IMG/VR virus record: IMGVR_UViG_2841531823_000001 | Span: 32,356 to 96,355 of that record | From: a virus | Lineage: Duplodnaviria; Caudoviricetes | Length of the DNA: 64,000 nt | Strand: one strand, 5' to 3' | Shown here: positions 25,257 to 33,669 of the stretch, piece after piece | How the letters are laid out: each line of letters begins with the position of its first letter | Position numbering within the stretch: position 1 is the stretch's first letter | The notes under the pieces: model-generated | Databases searched by the model: none | What the model was told of the DNA's origin: nothing | The model's input: the letters and a program-made list of their open reading frames with translations, nothing else | Position numbers and translations under genes: made by a program

Positions 25257-25522
25257 CCGACGTAATCGAAGCTGCCTGGGCGGAAACCGGGCCGGATGCC
25301 GATGGCGATTGCCATTTCTGGAGCGTGGGAAAGCAGTTCTACAACCCGGGTTCCGTGGACCGCCCGACCATCACGCGCATCACGGTGCAAGAGGATCTGC
25401 CCGGCCTGCACTGCAACCTGCGGCGCGTCTGTGTCTGGGTCGGGGAGGCTATGGTCGCGGAAGCGCCCGTCGCCACGATCAAGGCCATTGGATACCCGGT
25501 TCCGAAAGGGGCGGTGTCGTGA
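25253..25522 (+). CDS. Hypothetical protein
   Basis: GTGA coupling. Confidence 0.55.
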   Translation: MTDVIEAAWAETGPDADGDCHFWSVGKQFYNPGSVDRPTITRITVQEDLPGLHCNLRRVCVWVGEAMVAEAPVATIKAIGYPVPKGAVS

Positions 25523-25752
25523 AACCGTTTTCCGAGATTCTGGCCGCCATCGTCGGCCGCCCGCCGGCGGCGCCGGCCAAGAGCTACGAGGACGGCATCC
25601 GCGCCGCCGTCGACTGGCTGGAAGGCACCGCCGAATGGGACTGCGGCCACGAGCCCCGCTACTGCCGCTGCCACGAGGAGAAAGCTCTGCTGCGCGATAC
25701 CGCGGAGCAGATGGCACTCGAACTCTTGCCCAAGAAGAAGGAGACGAACTGA
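25519..25752 (+). CDS. Hypothetical protein
   Basis: GTGA coupling. Confidence 0.55.
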   Translation: MKPFSEILAAIVGRPPAAPAKSYEDGIRAAVDWLEGTAEWDCGHEPRYCRCHEEKALLRDTAEQMALELLPKKKETN

Positions 25753-26027
25753 TGGCTGGACCTGGCCACAACAGCGGCGACCCGCTGGATTCCTACAACG
25801 TGACCGCGGACGAGCTTCGCCAGTTCATCGAGCGGTACGAGCAGCTGGAAGCCGAGAAGAAGGACGTTCAGGAGCAGCAGAAGGAACTGATGGCCGAGGC
25901 CAAAGGCCGCGGCTACGACACGAAGGTGATGAAGAAGCTGGTGGCGCTTCGCAAGCGCAAGCCCGACGACATCGCCGAGGAGGAGACGATCCTCGAGCTC
26001 TACAAGTCCGCTCTGGGGATGGCCTGA
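25752..26027 (+). CDS. GapR/DUF2312 family nucleoid-associated protein
   Basis: VTADELRQFIERYEQLEAEKKD..EAKGRGYDTKV..LELYKSALGM. Confidence 0.92.
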   Translation: MAGPGHNSGDPLDSYNVTADELRQFIERYEQLEAEKKDVQEQQKELMAEAKGRGYDTKVMKKLVALRKRKPDDIAEEETILELYKSALGMA

Positions 26028-26028
26028 C

Positions 26029-26658
26029 ATGGCTGACGAGATCCGATTCCGGCACGACATTCGCGGCCACAAGATGACCATCGAGCTCGATCAGGATGTT
26101 CATCGCTGCATCCACTTCGGGCGGCCAGGATCGAGCGCCTATCACTTCCGGCTGGTGACTTGGCCGGGCGGCTTGGGCATCGCCGGCGACTGCGGTGATT
26201 ACACGTTCTCGCGCATCCGCGACATGTTCGATTTCTTCCGCGACGAGGGCATGGAGAACCGCATCAACCCGTCCTACTGGCACGAGAAGATGCAGGCTCA
26301 ATGCAAGACCAGCCCGGCCCGCCAGTTCAGCATAGACAAGTTCAAGGTCGCGGTGCGCGATGCCATGGACGAATGGCAAGTCCGCCTCGGCGATGCTGAC
26401 AGGATCCGCGAGGAGGTCAGGCAGGAGCTCGAATGGGAGCCGCCGTCATGCTCTGCGGAGGCTTACGCCATGATCCGGGACTTCGAGGCATCGGACGGCA
26501 ACAGATTCGAGGACTTCGAGAGCAACGTCGAGGATTACGGGTTCCACTTCATCTGGTGCCTGCGCGCCATCGTCTGGGGCATCAAGCAATACGACCTCGT
26601 GAAACAGGGCCGGACGCAGGCCGACCATGACCGCCGCGTGTTGGCGGGGGAGCGGTAA
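26029..26658 (+). CDS. Conserved phage hypothetical protein
   Basis: YHFRLVTWPG..GDCGDYTFSR..DMFDFFR..INPSYWHEK. Confidence 0.75.
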   Translation: MADEIRFRHDIRGHKMTIELDQDVHRCIHFGRPGSSAYHFRLVTWPGGLGIAGDCGDYTFSRIRDMFDFFRDEGMENRINPSYWHEKMQAQCKTSPARQFSIDKFKVAVRDAMDEWQVRLGDADRIREEVRQELEWEPPSCSAEAYAMIRDFEASDGNRFEDFESNVEDYGFHFIWCLRAIVWGIKQYDLVKQGRTQADHDRRVLAGER

Positions 26659-26660
26659 GC

Positions 26661-26855
26661 ATGAGCGCCACCCTCGCTGACTGGACCCGCTGGCGCGGCT
26701 TGGTCGCCGATCTGGTGGTCCTGAATCCGGTCTACCTGCCGCTGTTCGATCGGCTCGAGGCCGAGGTGGAAGAAGCCCGCGCGCGGGAGAGCAATGACCC
26801 GCTGGAGGCTGCGCGCGCGCTACTCCGGGCGCAGAAGGGCAGGGGGCAAGCATGA
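26661..26855 (+). CDS. Hypothetical protein
   Basis: PVYLPLFDRLEAE motif; coupled. Confidence 0.6.
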   Translation: MSATLADWTRWRGLVADLVVLNPVYLPLFDRLEAEVEEARARESNDPLEAARALLRAQKGRGQA

Positions 26856-28009
26856 CCGAGATCGACATGAGCACTGGTGCGGTGGAGCGGCTGGCGGAGA
26901 CCCTGCTTTTTCGCGGCCATCATCATCAGGAGAAAATCAACCACCTCCTCCGGCGGCTCCACGTCGAGCGGATCACGGCGTCTAAGACGCTTCGCGCCCT
27001 CGCGGCCGAGCGCGACCGGCTGAGGGAGGCGGTGGTCGAGATGGAACGCTCACCGGAGTATTGGCACGGCCGCGCTCTCAAGGCCGAAGCCTCGCTCACC
27101 GAGGCCCGCGCCGAGACGGGCGCGCTGATCGAGCGGGCGGCGGCGCTGTGCGACGAGGGTCGCCAAGTCTCGCACGGCATGACCAGGATGAAAACGCGCG
27201 AGGAGTGCCGTGACGCCATCCTCGCCCTCTCCCCCGACGCGACCGCCGCCATCGCCGAGGTGCGCCGGGCCGAGCGGGAACGGTGCGCCGAGCTGATCGA
27301 CAAGCGCCGGGAAGCCTATCAGGCCGAGCACGGCATCTACGATCTGGAGACCGGCGCCACGGAATATCCTGGCAACGGCGACGAGTGGGTGCAGGAATGG
27401 CACGAGCTTGCCGAGGCCATCCGCACCCCTATCGAGAAGGAGCCAGACGGTCTGCGCGGCCAGGTGCTTGCAATCGTCGCTAGGGTGAACGCCGACTATG
27501 CCGCCGGCCGGATCGACCCTCGTGAGGTCGCGTGGATCAACTCGGAGGACCATATTGGGGACGCCCCCAAAATGGTTCCGCAGCCCGCCGCGGCCGATGG
27601 GTGGGCCGCCTCTCTCGCGGCCGGCGTGGCTGAGCAGATGGCACAACAGGATGGCGCATGGGTCTCCTGCTCCGGCTGCTATGCGACCGATGAGGGCTAT
27701 CCGACCGCTGCCACGGATCCGGTGTTCGGGTGCGCCCTCGGCGGCGGGTGCATGGAATGCGGCGGACTCGGGGCGGTCTGGGATGCCCCGGACTACCGCG
27801 ATGTGGTCGCTGAGGCCGCCGCGGAGCCGTCGCCGCCCACCGTGGCCGAGGCCGCGCGGGTGCTGCTGGCCAGCGGGCGGCTGAATGACCTGTCTGGCTG
27901 GGACGGGCAACCGTTCCAGTCGGCCATGCAACACGGCCCGACGACTGCAGCGCATTGGCGCGACCGGCTCCGCGCGCTCGCCGGGGAGGGGCGGGCGCAG
28001 GGCTACTAA
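26852..28009 (+). CDS. Mosaic early protein (Ead/Ea22-like) with Cys cluster
   Basis: Coiled-coil segments plus CSGC...CMEC; converges on the integrase. Confidence 0.6.
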   Translation: MTEIDMSTGAVERLAETLLFRGHHHQEKINHLLRRLHVERITASKTLRALAAERDRLREAVVEMERSPEYWHGRALKAEASLTEARAETGALIERAAALCDEGRQVSHGMTRMKTREECRDAILALSPDATAAIAEVRRAERERCAELIDKRREAYQAEHGIYDLETGATEYPGNGDEWVQEWHELAEAIRTPIEKEPDGLRGQVLAIVARVNADYAAGRIDPREVAWINSEDHIGDAPKMVPQPAAADGWAASLAAGVAEQMAQQDGAWVSCSGCYATDEGYPTAATDPVFGCALGGGCMECGGLGAVWDAPDYRDVVAEAAAEPSPPTVAEAARVLLASGRLNDLSGWDGQPFQSAMQHGPTTAAHWRDRLRALAGEGRAQGY

Positions 28010-29298
28010 ATCGCGATCGGGGCGAGCAGTCGGTGCAGGTGCTCGAGCGTCGCCCCGGCCCCGTATTCCTCTCGCGTGAGAGCGTGTCCCATCAGGTCGC
28101 GCCTCACGCGCTCATCGATCCCTGCGGCGAGGCATCGATCTTCGAACGAATGCCGGAAGCCATAGAGCGTGTGCTTGGGCGACTCGGCGAGCCCGTTCTC
28201 GCGCAGGAACTTGTTGACCGTGGCCGAGAGGGATGGATTGTCGTGATAGCGCGGGAAGCCTTCCGGGTGCAGCTTCGCCGCCTCAAGGCTCACGCCGGTC
28301 AGCGGGATCTTCCGCCGCGCCCGCGGGCTCTTGAGTGTCCGAGCCTCGCCCTCGATCGAGATGTGCGGGATCTCCGCGTCAAGCACGATCCGGGCTGCGG
28401 TGAGCGCCTGAATCTCGGACGGCCGGGCGCCCGTGTTCAACATGATGAGCATGATGGCGCGAGCCTCGGCGTTGAGGCCAGCCAGCGCGCCGGGGGCGAG
28501 CAGCTTTGCCCTGATCCAGTCGTCAGACCAAGGCAGGCGCTTCCCCTTTTCGCCTTCGGGCAGGGCATAGCCGGTCAGAGGCGGATTGAGCGGGAGCCGC
28601 TTCTTCTTGATGACCTCGCGCAGCGTCGAGCCGAGGTGCGTCAGATCCTTGTTGGCCGAGTTCGGCGTCAGCCCCTCGGTTTCCAAGCGATCCTCCCACC
28701 ACGCCATGAAGTCGAGCATGTCGTCGGGGGCCAGATCCTCGAGCGCCTTGTCGCCCACCACCTCGATGAAGTTTCGGAAGGCCTTGACCCGCGGGTTGCG
28801 CCAACGGCGGATCTGGTCCGCGCTCTTGCCGCGCGTCTTGGACTTCTCCGCGACCTCCCAATAAATCTCGAGCGCGCGGCTCATGGTGATCTTCGGGGGC
28901 TGGGCCCCGCCGAGAACAGCTGCGGCCTCGATCGGATCGGGCTCGGCCGGCGCGGCGCCGGCGCGCTCATAGGCTGCGAGCCGCGCTTCGAGCTCGGCCC
29001 GCGGCATTTGCGCCACCTCGCGCGCGTGCAGGAACCTGAACCCGCGCTTGGCCGCCAGTTCGCGCGCCGCCTCGAACATCTTCTCCGCGTCCCGGGTGTC
29101 CCCCGCGAGCTTGGCTTCCCATGCCTCGATCATGTCTTGCCAGACCTTCGGTGCCTTCTGCCTCGCGACGTCCATGCTGTCCGTGTGCAGGGAGAGGTTC
29201 ACGAAGGTGCGGCCGTCGATGTGCTTGTACCGCTTCGGCACCCGGCGGCGGATGCGCCAGGTTCCTTCTCGCTTGTTGAGGCCGGTCAGGCGGCTCAT
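28006..29298 (-). CDS. int: Tyrosine integrase of prophage 1
   Basis: TGARPSEI, YGFRHSFED, LMGHA, Y; N-terminal RRRVPKRY..LSLHT. Confidence 0.93.
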   Translation of the reverse strand: MSRLTGLNKREGTWRIRRRVPKRYKHIDGRTFVNLSLHTDSMDVARQKAPKVWQDMIEAWEAKLAGDTRDAEKMFEAARELAAKRGFRFLHAREVAQMPRAELEARLAAYERAGAAPAEPDPIEAAAVLGGAQPPKITMSRALEIYWEVAEKSKTRGKSADQIRRWRNPRVKAFRNFIEVVGDKALEDLAPDDMLDFMAWWEDRLETEGLTPNSANKDLTHLGSTLREVIKKKRLPLNPPLTGYALPEGEKGKRLPWSDDWIRAKLLAPGALAGLNAEARAIMLIMLNTGARPSEIQALTAARIVLDAEIPHISIEGEARTLKSPRARRKIPLTGVSLEAAKLHPEGFPRYHDNPSLSATVNKFLRENGLAESPKHTLYGFRHSFEDRCLAAGIDERVRRDLMGHALTREEYGAGATLEHLHRLLAPIAI

Positions 29299-29310
29299 GT
29301 GGACCCTCCA

Positions 29311-29457
29311 TGTGACCACCTGAATCTGCCGATGATCGGCCCGAGAGACAAGCCCCATCGTGCCCCCGAATGTGATCCGAGATGTGTCCCGCTTTGGTCA
29401 CCACCAATTTCCGACAGCGCTAAGTTTCCCTTGCTTTGCTGGGCAATATTGGTCACA
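29311..29457. repeat. Putative arm-type integrase sites, TGTGWYC-like repeats
   Basis: tgtgacca 29311, tgtgatcc 29371, tgtgtccc 29383; inverted tggtcac(a) near 29395 and 29450. Confidence 0.55.
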
Positions 29458-29471
29458 AAGGGGGGTGAAAC

Positions 29472-29561
29472 TGGCGGAGACGAAGGGATTCGAACCCTCG
29501 AGACGGTTTCCCGCCTGCACCCTTAGCAGGGGTGTGCCTTCGACCACTCGGCCACGTCTCC
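29472..29561 (-). tRNA. tRNA-Ser(GCT), prophage 1 attachment site
   Basis: GGAGACGTGGCCGAGTGG...CTGCTAA anticodon loop, long variable arm, GGTTCGAATCC, CCA end. Confidence 0.97.
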
Positions 29562-29568
29562 GCTGACC

Positions 29569-29597
29569 GATATATTTGCCAAACCCACGAAGAACAA
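29569..29597 (-). promoter_or_regulatory. tRNA promoter
   Basis: TTGTTC-N17-TATATC just upstream of the tRNA. Confidence 0.6.
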
Positions 29598-29656
29598 GCG
29601 CTTTCTTCCCCGCACCCCGGAGGGCGCGCAAGTTCATGTTTTCCCGTGTTTTCACA

Positions 29657-29671
29657 GAACAGATGCCGAAC
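29657..29671. promoter_or_regulatory. Candidate LexA box
   Basis: GAACagatgccGAAC. Confidence 0.5.
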
Positions 29672-29748
29672 TGCACGCGATTTTCGTGCAAAATCCGTGC
29701 AGCTCGTTCACGCCATATTCAGCCACGAGTGCAGGGGCTCTGGGAGCG

Positions 29749-29919
29749 ATGGCTGAGGATCTGGCGAAGCAGCTGCGCGACATTGCGGTCAATGGTGACA
29801 GTCTCTTCTCACGGCGCAACTTCCGCACGCTTGACGGATGCGGCGGGAGCGTTGGACTTCGGGCCGATCCACAAGGTTCAGTGCGCCGCCGCGCGATCCC
29901 CGCATTCCGGTCTAAGTAA
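29749..29919 (+). CDS. Small host ORF between the two att sites
   Basis: GGGAG RBS, MAEDLAKQLRDIAVNG..., 56 aa. Confidence 0.4.
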   Translation: MAEDLAKQLRDIAVNGDSLFSRRNFRTLDGCGGSVGLRADPQGSVRRRAIPAFRSK

Positions 29920-29929
29920 TTAATCTCTA

Positions 29930-29946
29930 TGGTGACCCCGGCAGGA
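29930..29946 (-). repeat. att core: tRNA 3'-end fragment, probably tRNA-Arg
   Basis: Minus-strand TCCTGCCGGGGTCACCA with no rest of a tRNA; followed by an IHF consensus AATCAATGACTTA at 30010-30022. Confidence 0.75.
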
Positions 29947-30039
29947 CCTCTGCAATCGCTGATTTTGCTTAGGAATTTCGGTAAATCGGGCTCCTCCGGC
30001 CCTCTAGAAAATCAATGACTTAAAGGGCCGGCTGTAAAC

Positions 30040-31145
30040 GCCGAGGCTGGCCGCGGAGGCGCTGCGTCTTCGGCCGCTCTCTGTCCGCGCCTGCGCGCCG
30101 TGCGCCGGCCATTCACATCGACCATGTCCACTGGACTGTCGAGCGGATCGAAGGGACGGGGGAGGAGAAGACCCGCACCGGCCAGCTGCACAGTGGAACA
30201 AAACGCAACAATGCCCATCCGGAGGGAGCATTCCGCGAAAGCCACACCTCGGCATCGACCTGCACCACCCGAATAGGGGTATCGGCGTCTCTCCAGCGCG
30301 ATGCTATGGTGAGCCCCTTTTCCGCGGTTCATCTGCCCTGGATCGCGGAAAGCGGGGCCGCAGGATGCTGGCGGGAGTGGAGATCCTGCGGCCCCACGCT
30401 CATGGCCACTCCTGCCAGTTTGTCGCATCCTCTCAAGATGAGGTAATGATAAGGTTCTCGCAGCCACCGAGGCCGCCCCTAACGACCTCGACTGGTCAGG
30501 CCGCGGGCTCTCACCACCGTTAGCCCGCGGCTGCCTTAGCTCTACCGGTGCGGCAACCTGTCTCACACCCGAATTCAGTAATCTACTTCATCTTGATGGT
30601 GCGCCTTCGGTAAGGCCGCGGGGATGTGACTACCGGCTGAGACCCTGCGGCCGCTTCTCGCTCCACACACAAGCCGTCCAACCGTGGCTAAGCACCTTCT
30701 TTTGAGAGTGCTTCAGGAACCTTAGGATGGCCGGCCATCCAATAAGGATGCTGGGGGAAGTTGAGGTGGAGGATGCCGGATGTGGTTGCTAGCGTGCGGC
30801 ACGCCGCCGAGTGACGCCCCTGCGCGCTCGCTGGTGAGGCCGCGGACTAGCGCCAGGAATGTCCGCGGCCGCAGCCCGCTGCGTCAAAATATCGCAGCAA
30901 TTATGGGCAGAGGCGGGCGACCCGTCAAAAAAACGTAATAGGTTCTTCTTCAGGTGCGATATCTCAAGTGTCAGCCGCCGACAGCTGTCCCAAGCGATTC
31001 GTGTGGTTAGGCCGCGGTTTTGCCGTGAAAGGTTCGACCGCGGCCGTCAATCTCCGTCAAGAGTTTGCCCGTTCGTACGGAAGTTCAACTCCATCCGCAG
31101 GCACGGCCGACACTGTTACAGCAGTGGCAGCATCGCGGCCGCTTC
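30040..31145 (+). repeat. Array of related GGCCGCGG-loop-CCGCGGCC stem-loops, candidate ncRNA array
   Basis: Stems at 30049-30075, 30319-30351, 30354-30395, 30499-30532, 30614-30652, 30838-30870, 31010-31045; shared GGTNA 5' flank on four; G-U pairs favour the + strand. Confidence 0.7.
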
Positions 31146-31588
31146 CATCTCGACGAATGTCGAAGGTAGGTCCCTCGCGCTGAGGCGTGAAGGTCTGGAT
31201 CCAGCCCATTGCTGCCCCTCATATCCCGCGCAGCATGATGCGAGGCGCCGTCGAGCGGGGCGGGGAGCGGTCATTCGCTACATCTAACATGTACGGCGCC
31301 AGTGCGTGGAAAGGCACCACCGCCGTAGCACACGGCGTGTTCTGGCGCTCGCGGATGGGCTACGGGGCGCGGATCGACGGCGACCGCTACTCATCACCTT
31401 GCCGAAAAAGATGACCGGCGAAGAAGTCCTGATCGACTGACAGCACCCACCCGCCACGACACACTCCGTCATGCAATCAAGCGCCTCCCTCGAAGCGCTT
31501 TTTGGCTCTTCGCGAACTTGCTGCTCAGCACGAATGACACTAGTGTGACAGAGATCTCAGCAACTTTCTTCGCTCACTCAGGTGCCCA

Positions 31589-32635
31589 ATGGATGCAACG
31601 AAAATATCTTCCGAGCTAAAACAGCAGCGAAGAACAGTTGGGTTTGATACCTACGACATTACCGCGAAGCAACTGCTAGATATGGTTGCTGAAGGGCAGA
31701 TAAAGGTGGCGCCCGACTACCAGCGGCATTTCGTTTGGAAGTCGGATAGGGAGTCGGCGTTGATTGAGTCGGTGTTTCTAGGAATTCCCGTTCCCAGTCT
31801 ATTTATGGCGACAAATGAAGACTCAAGTTGGGAGTGCATCGACGGGCTGCAGAGGATCACTACCCTTGTAAACTTCGTGAGGCCGCAATTTCGTTCAGGG
31901 GTCAAGGACATTTCAACGCACGAACTGAAGATTGATGGCCTCGAAAAGGTTCCAAGCCTAAATGGTACGAAATTCTCTGATCTTCCTGAGACGCTAAAGC
32001 TCAACTTCCTAACGAGACCCGTGAGGATAACGGTTCTCAATGATCTGAGTGATTACCAAGTCAGATTCGACCTATTTGAGAGGCTGAACACCGGAGGCAT
32101 AATACTGCATCAGCAGGAAATCCGAAATTGCGTGTTTCAGGGGGAGTTTAACGAATTCATCAAATCGTGCGCCGCCGATGAGCGCTTAGAAAAAGTGTTC
32201 AAAAAATCGAATCGCGAAGGCCGCGGCAACATGGAGGAGGTGGTGCTCAAGTTCTTCGCTTATTTCGAGTGCAGGAACGACTTCAAACACTCCGTAAAAG
32301 AATTTCTGAACGTCTATATGGAAGACAAGACGAAGGCGTTCAAGAACAAGAAGACACTGTCTGAACTGTTCGACAAGACAATGGAGGTTTTGTCGAGTGC
32401 GCTCCCGGATGGCGTAGTTCGGAGCGAACGAAAGAACACGACCCCGCTTCTATTGTTTGAAGCCGTATCTGTTGGGGTCGCTGATGTAATCAGTGCGGGG
32501 AATCAAGTGAATAAAGATGCCCTTCGAGTCGTTCTTAACGACCAAGAGCTCAAGAAGGCGACCTCGGTCGGCACGAATAGTAACCCCAAATTGTTGCGGA
32601 GAATCGAAATCGTTAGAGGGGCCGTTTCTGGATGA
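31589..32635 (+). CDS. DUF262 (ParB/GmrS-like) protein
   Basis: PDYQRHFVW, LIESVFLGIPVP, IDGLQRITTL, FERLNTGG; lower GC than the flanks. Confidence 0.9.
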   Translation: MDATKISSELKQQRRTVGFDTYDITAKQLLDMVAEGQIKVAPDYQRHFVWKSDRESALIESVFLGIPVPSLFMATNEDSSWECIDGLQRITTLVNFVRPQFRSGVKDISTHELKIDGLEKVPSLNGTKFSDLPETLKLNFLTRPVRITVLNDLSDYQVRFDLFERLNTGGIILHQQEIRNCVFQGEFNEFIKSCAADERLEKVFKKSNREGRGNMEEVVLKFFAYFECRNDFKHSVKEFLNVYMEDKTKAFKNKKTLSELFDKTMEVLSSALPDGVVRSERKNTTPLLLFEAVSVGVADVISAGNQVNKDALRVVLNDQELKKATSVGTNSNPKLLRRIEIVRGAVSG

Positions 32636-33300
32636 GCTTTGCCGACGCCCAGCTAGAGGTGCGCGGCAGATTCATGGAAGCCCTTCAAGTAATAAATCGG
32701 CTGGACCCCGGCGCGCCACCCAACCTCATCCCCTCCACGGACCCGGACAAGGCGTTACGTGGCCTACTACTCGTAGCAATATATTCTGCGATGGAACGGG
32801 GAGTAAACGCTTACGTTGAAGAGGCATTAGCGGTGGCCACGTCGCATGCCTCACTAGTCAAGCATTGCATCCCGGAGGTGCAGGCAATTTTTCACTACCC
32901 GCGAATACAATCGCTTCGCGACTGCTCTGATGATAATTCACTCAGTAAGTCGATTGAGCTATTCTCTATGCTCGCGCGGGATGTTGAGTTCAGCGTCGCA
33001 AACAACCCATTTTCCATGCGCCTGCAGAATGTTGACGGTTCAACGATGGAGCAGTGCTGCCAGTTTCTGGGTGTGCCCAACTTCAGCATCGGCGTAATGG
33101 AGAAGGGCCGTTTGAATAATCTTCGTGAGCGACGAAATGCGGTGTCTCACGGCCGCGAGTCTTCGGTACAGGTCGGTGGGAGGTTCTCCTTCGGCGAAAT
33201 AAGAACCATGCACTCAATAGCGGATACAGAAGTTGAAAAATTTGGTTCGGCTTTGAGGGATTTTTTTGAGCAGAAAGGTTATGAGCTCAGAAGTGCGTAG
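32632..33300 (+). CDS. HEPN-like nuclease (MAE_28990/RiboL-PSP-HEPN type)
   Basis: RxxxxH motif RRNAVSHG, LLLVAIYSAME; ATGA-coupled to DUF262. Confidence 0.8.
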   Translation: MSFADAQLEVRGRFMEALQVINRLDPGAPPNLIPSTDPDKALRGLLLVAIYSAMERGVNAYVEEALAVATSHASLVKHCIPEVQAIFHYPRIQSLRDCSDDNSLSKSIELFSMLARDVEFSVANNPFSMRLQNVDGSTMEQCCQFLGVPNFSIGVMEKGRLNNLRERRNAVSHGRESSVQVGGRFSFGEIRTMHSIADTEVEKFGSALRDFFEQKGYELRSA

Positions 33301-33669
33301 CATTTCTAGTCACGTCACCGACTGACGGAATATCAATCTGGTCGTCAAATTCTGCCTGCTTGACGGCGACCTCGCAATGCGTTGAAGAGCTGTGCGAAGC
33401 CTTTACGCTGGATGTTGTAGACTGCGGAGCCCGTGAACGGCAGGATTGTCTCGAGTCGCTAACCTCGGCCTGCCAGACTATGCTGTACGACGCCTTGGAT
33501 GACCGATTCCCAGAAGCTGCGCCGCAGCTCTCGGCCTTAAAGCGTACGGCTGCTCTGGGCCGAGATGAAGGATCGTCCAGAGCGCGCCTTCCTGGGCACC
33601 ATGTGCGCAAACTGCGCATTGCAGTCATAGGGGCGCGGCGGATTGCCGCGCCCGTAGCGGGCCAGATGC

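Larger units (their letters stand above)
1..29471. mobile_element. Prophage 1, podovirus-like temperate phage with N4-gp56-type capsid; left part lies outside the window
   Basis: Ordered modules: virion genes, capsid, scaffold, portal, TerL, TerS, replication/methylases, Cro/CI switch, RecT early region, then an integrase next to the tRNA-Ser 3' end. Confidence 0.93.

Noticed and set aside
30196-30210. Possible LexA box GAACaaaacgCAAC
   Set aside because: Spacing is 6 nt and the second half-site mismatches
31010-31045. Group II intron domain V or tRNA T-loop resemblance (GTGAAAG, GGTTCGA)
   Set aside because: No catalytic-triad helix or cloverleaf can be built
30040-31145. CRISPR array or retron interpretation of the hairpin array
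   Set aside because: Repeats are degenerate and irregularly spaced; no cas or reverse transcriptase gene in the window
30004-31472. ORFs of 60-184 aa across the hairpin array
   Set aside because: No convincing RBS or motifs and atypical composition; 31187-31440 may be a decayed gene fragment but cannot be identified
33300-33665. ORFs and weak palindromes after the HEPN gene
   Set aside because: No recognisable product; probably insertion scar sequence
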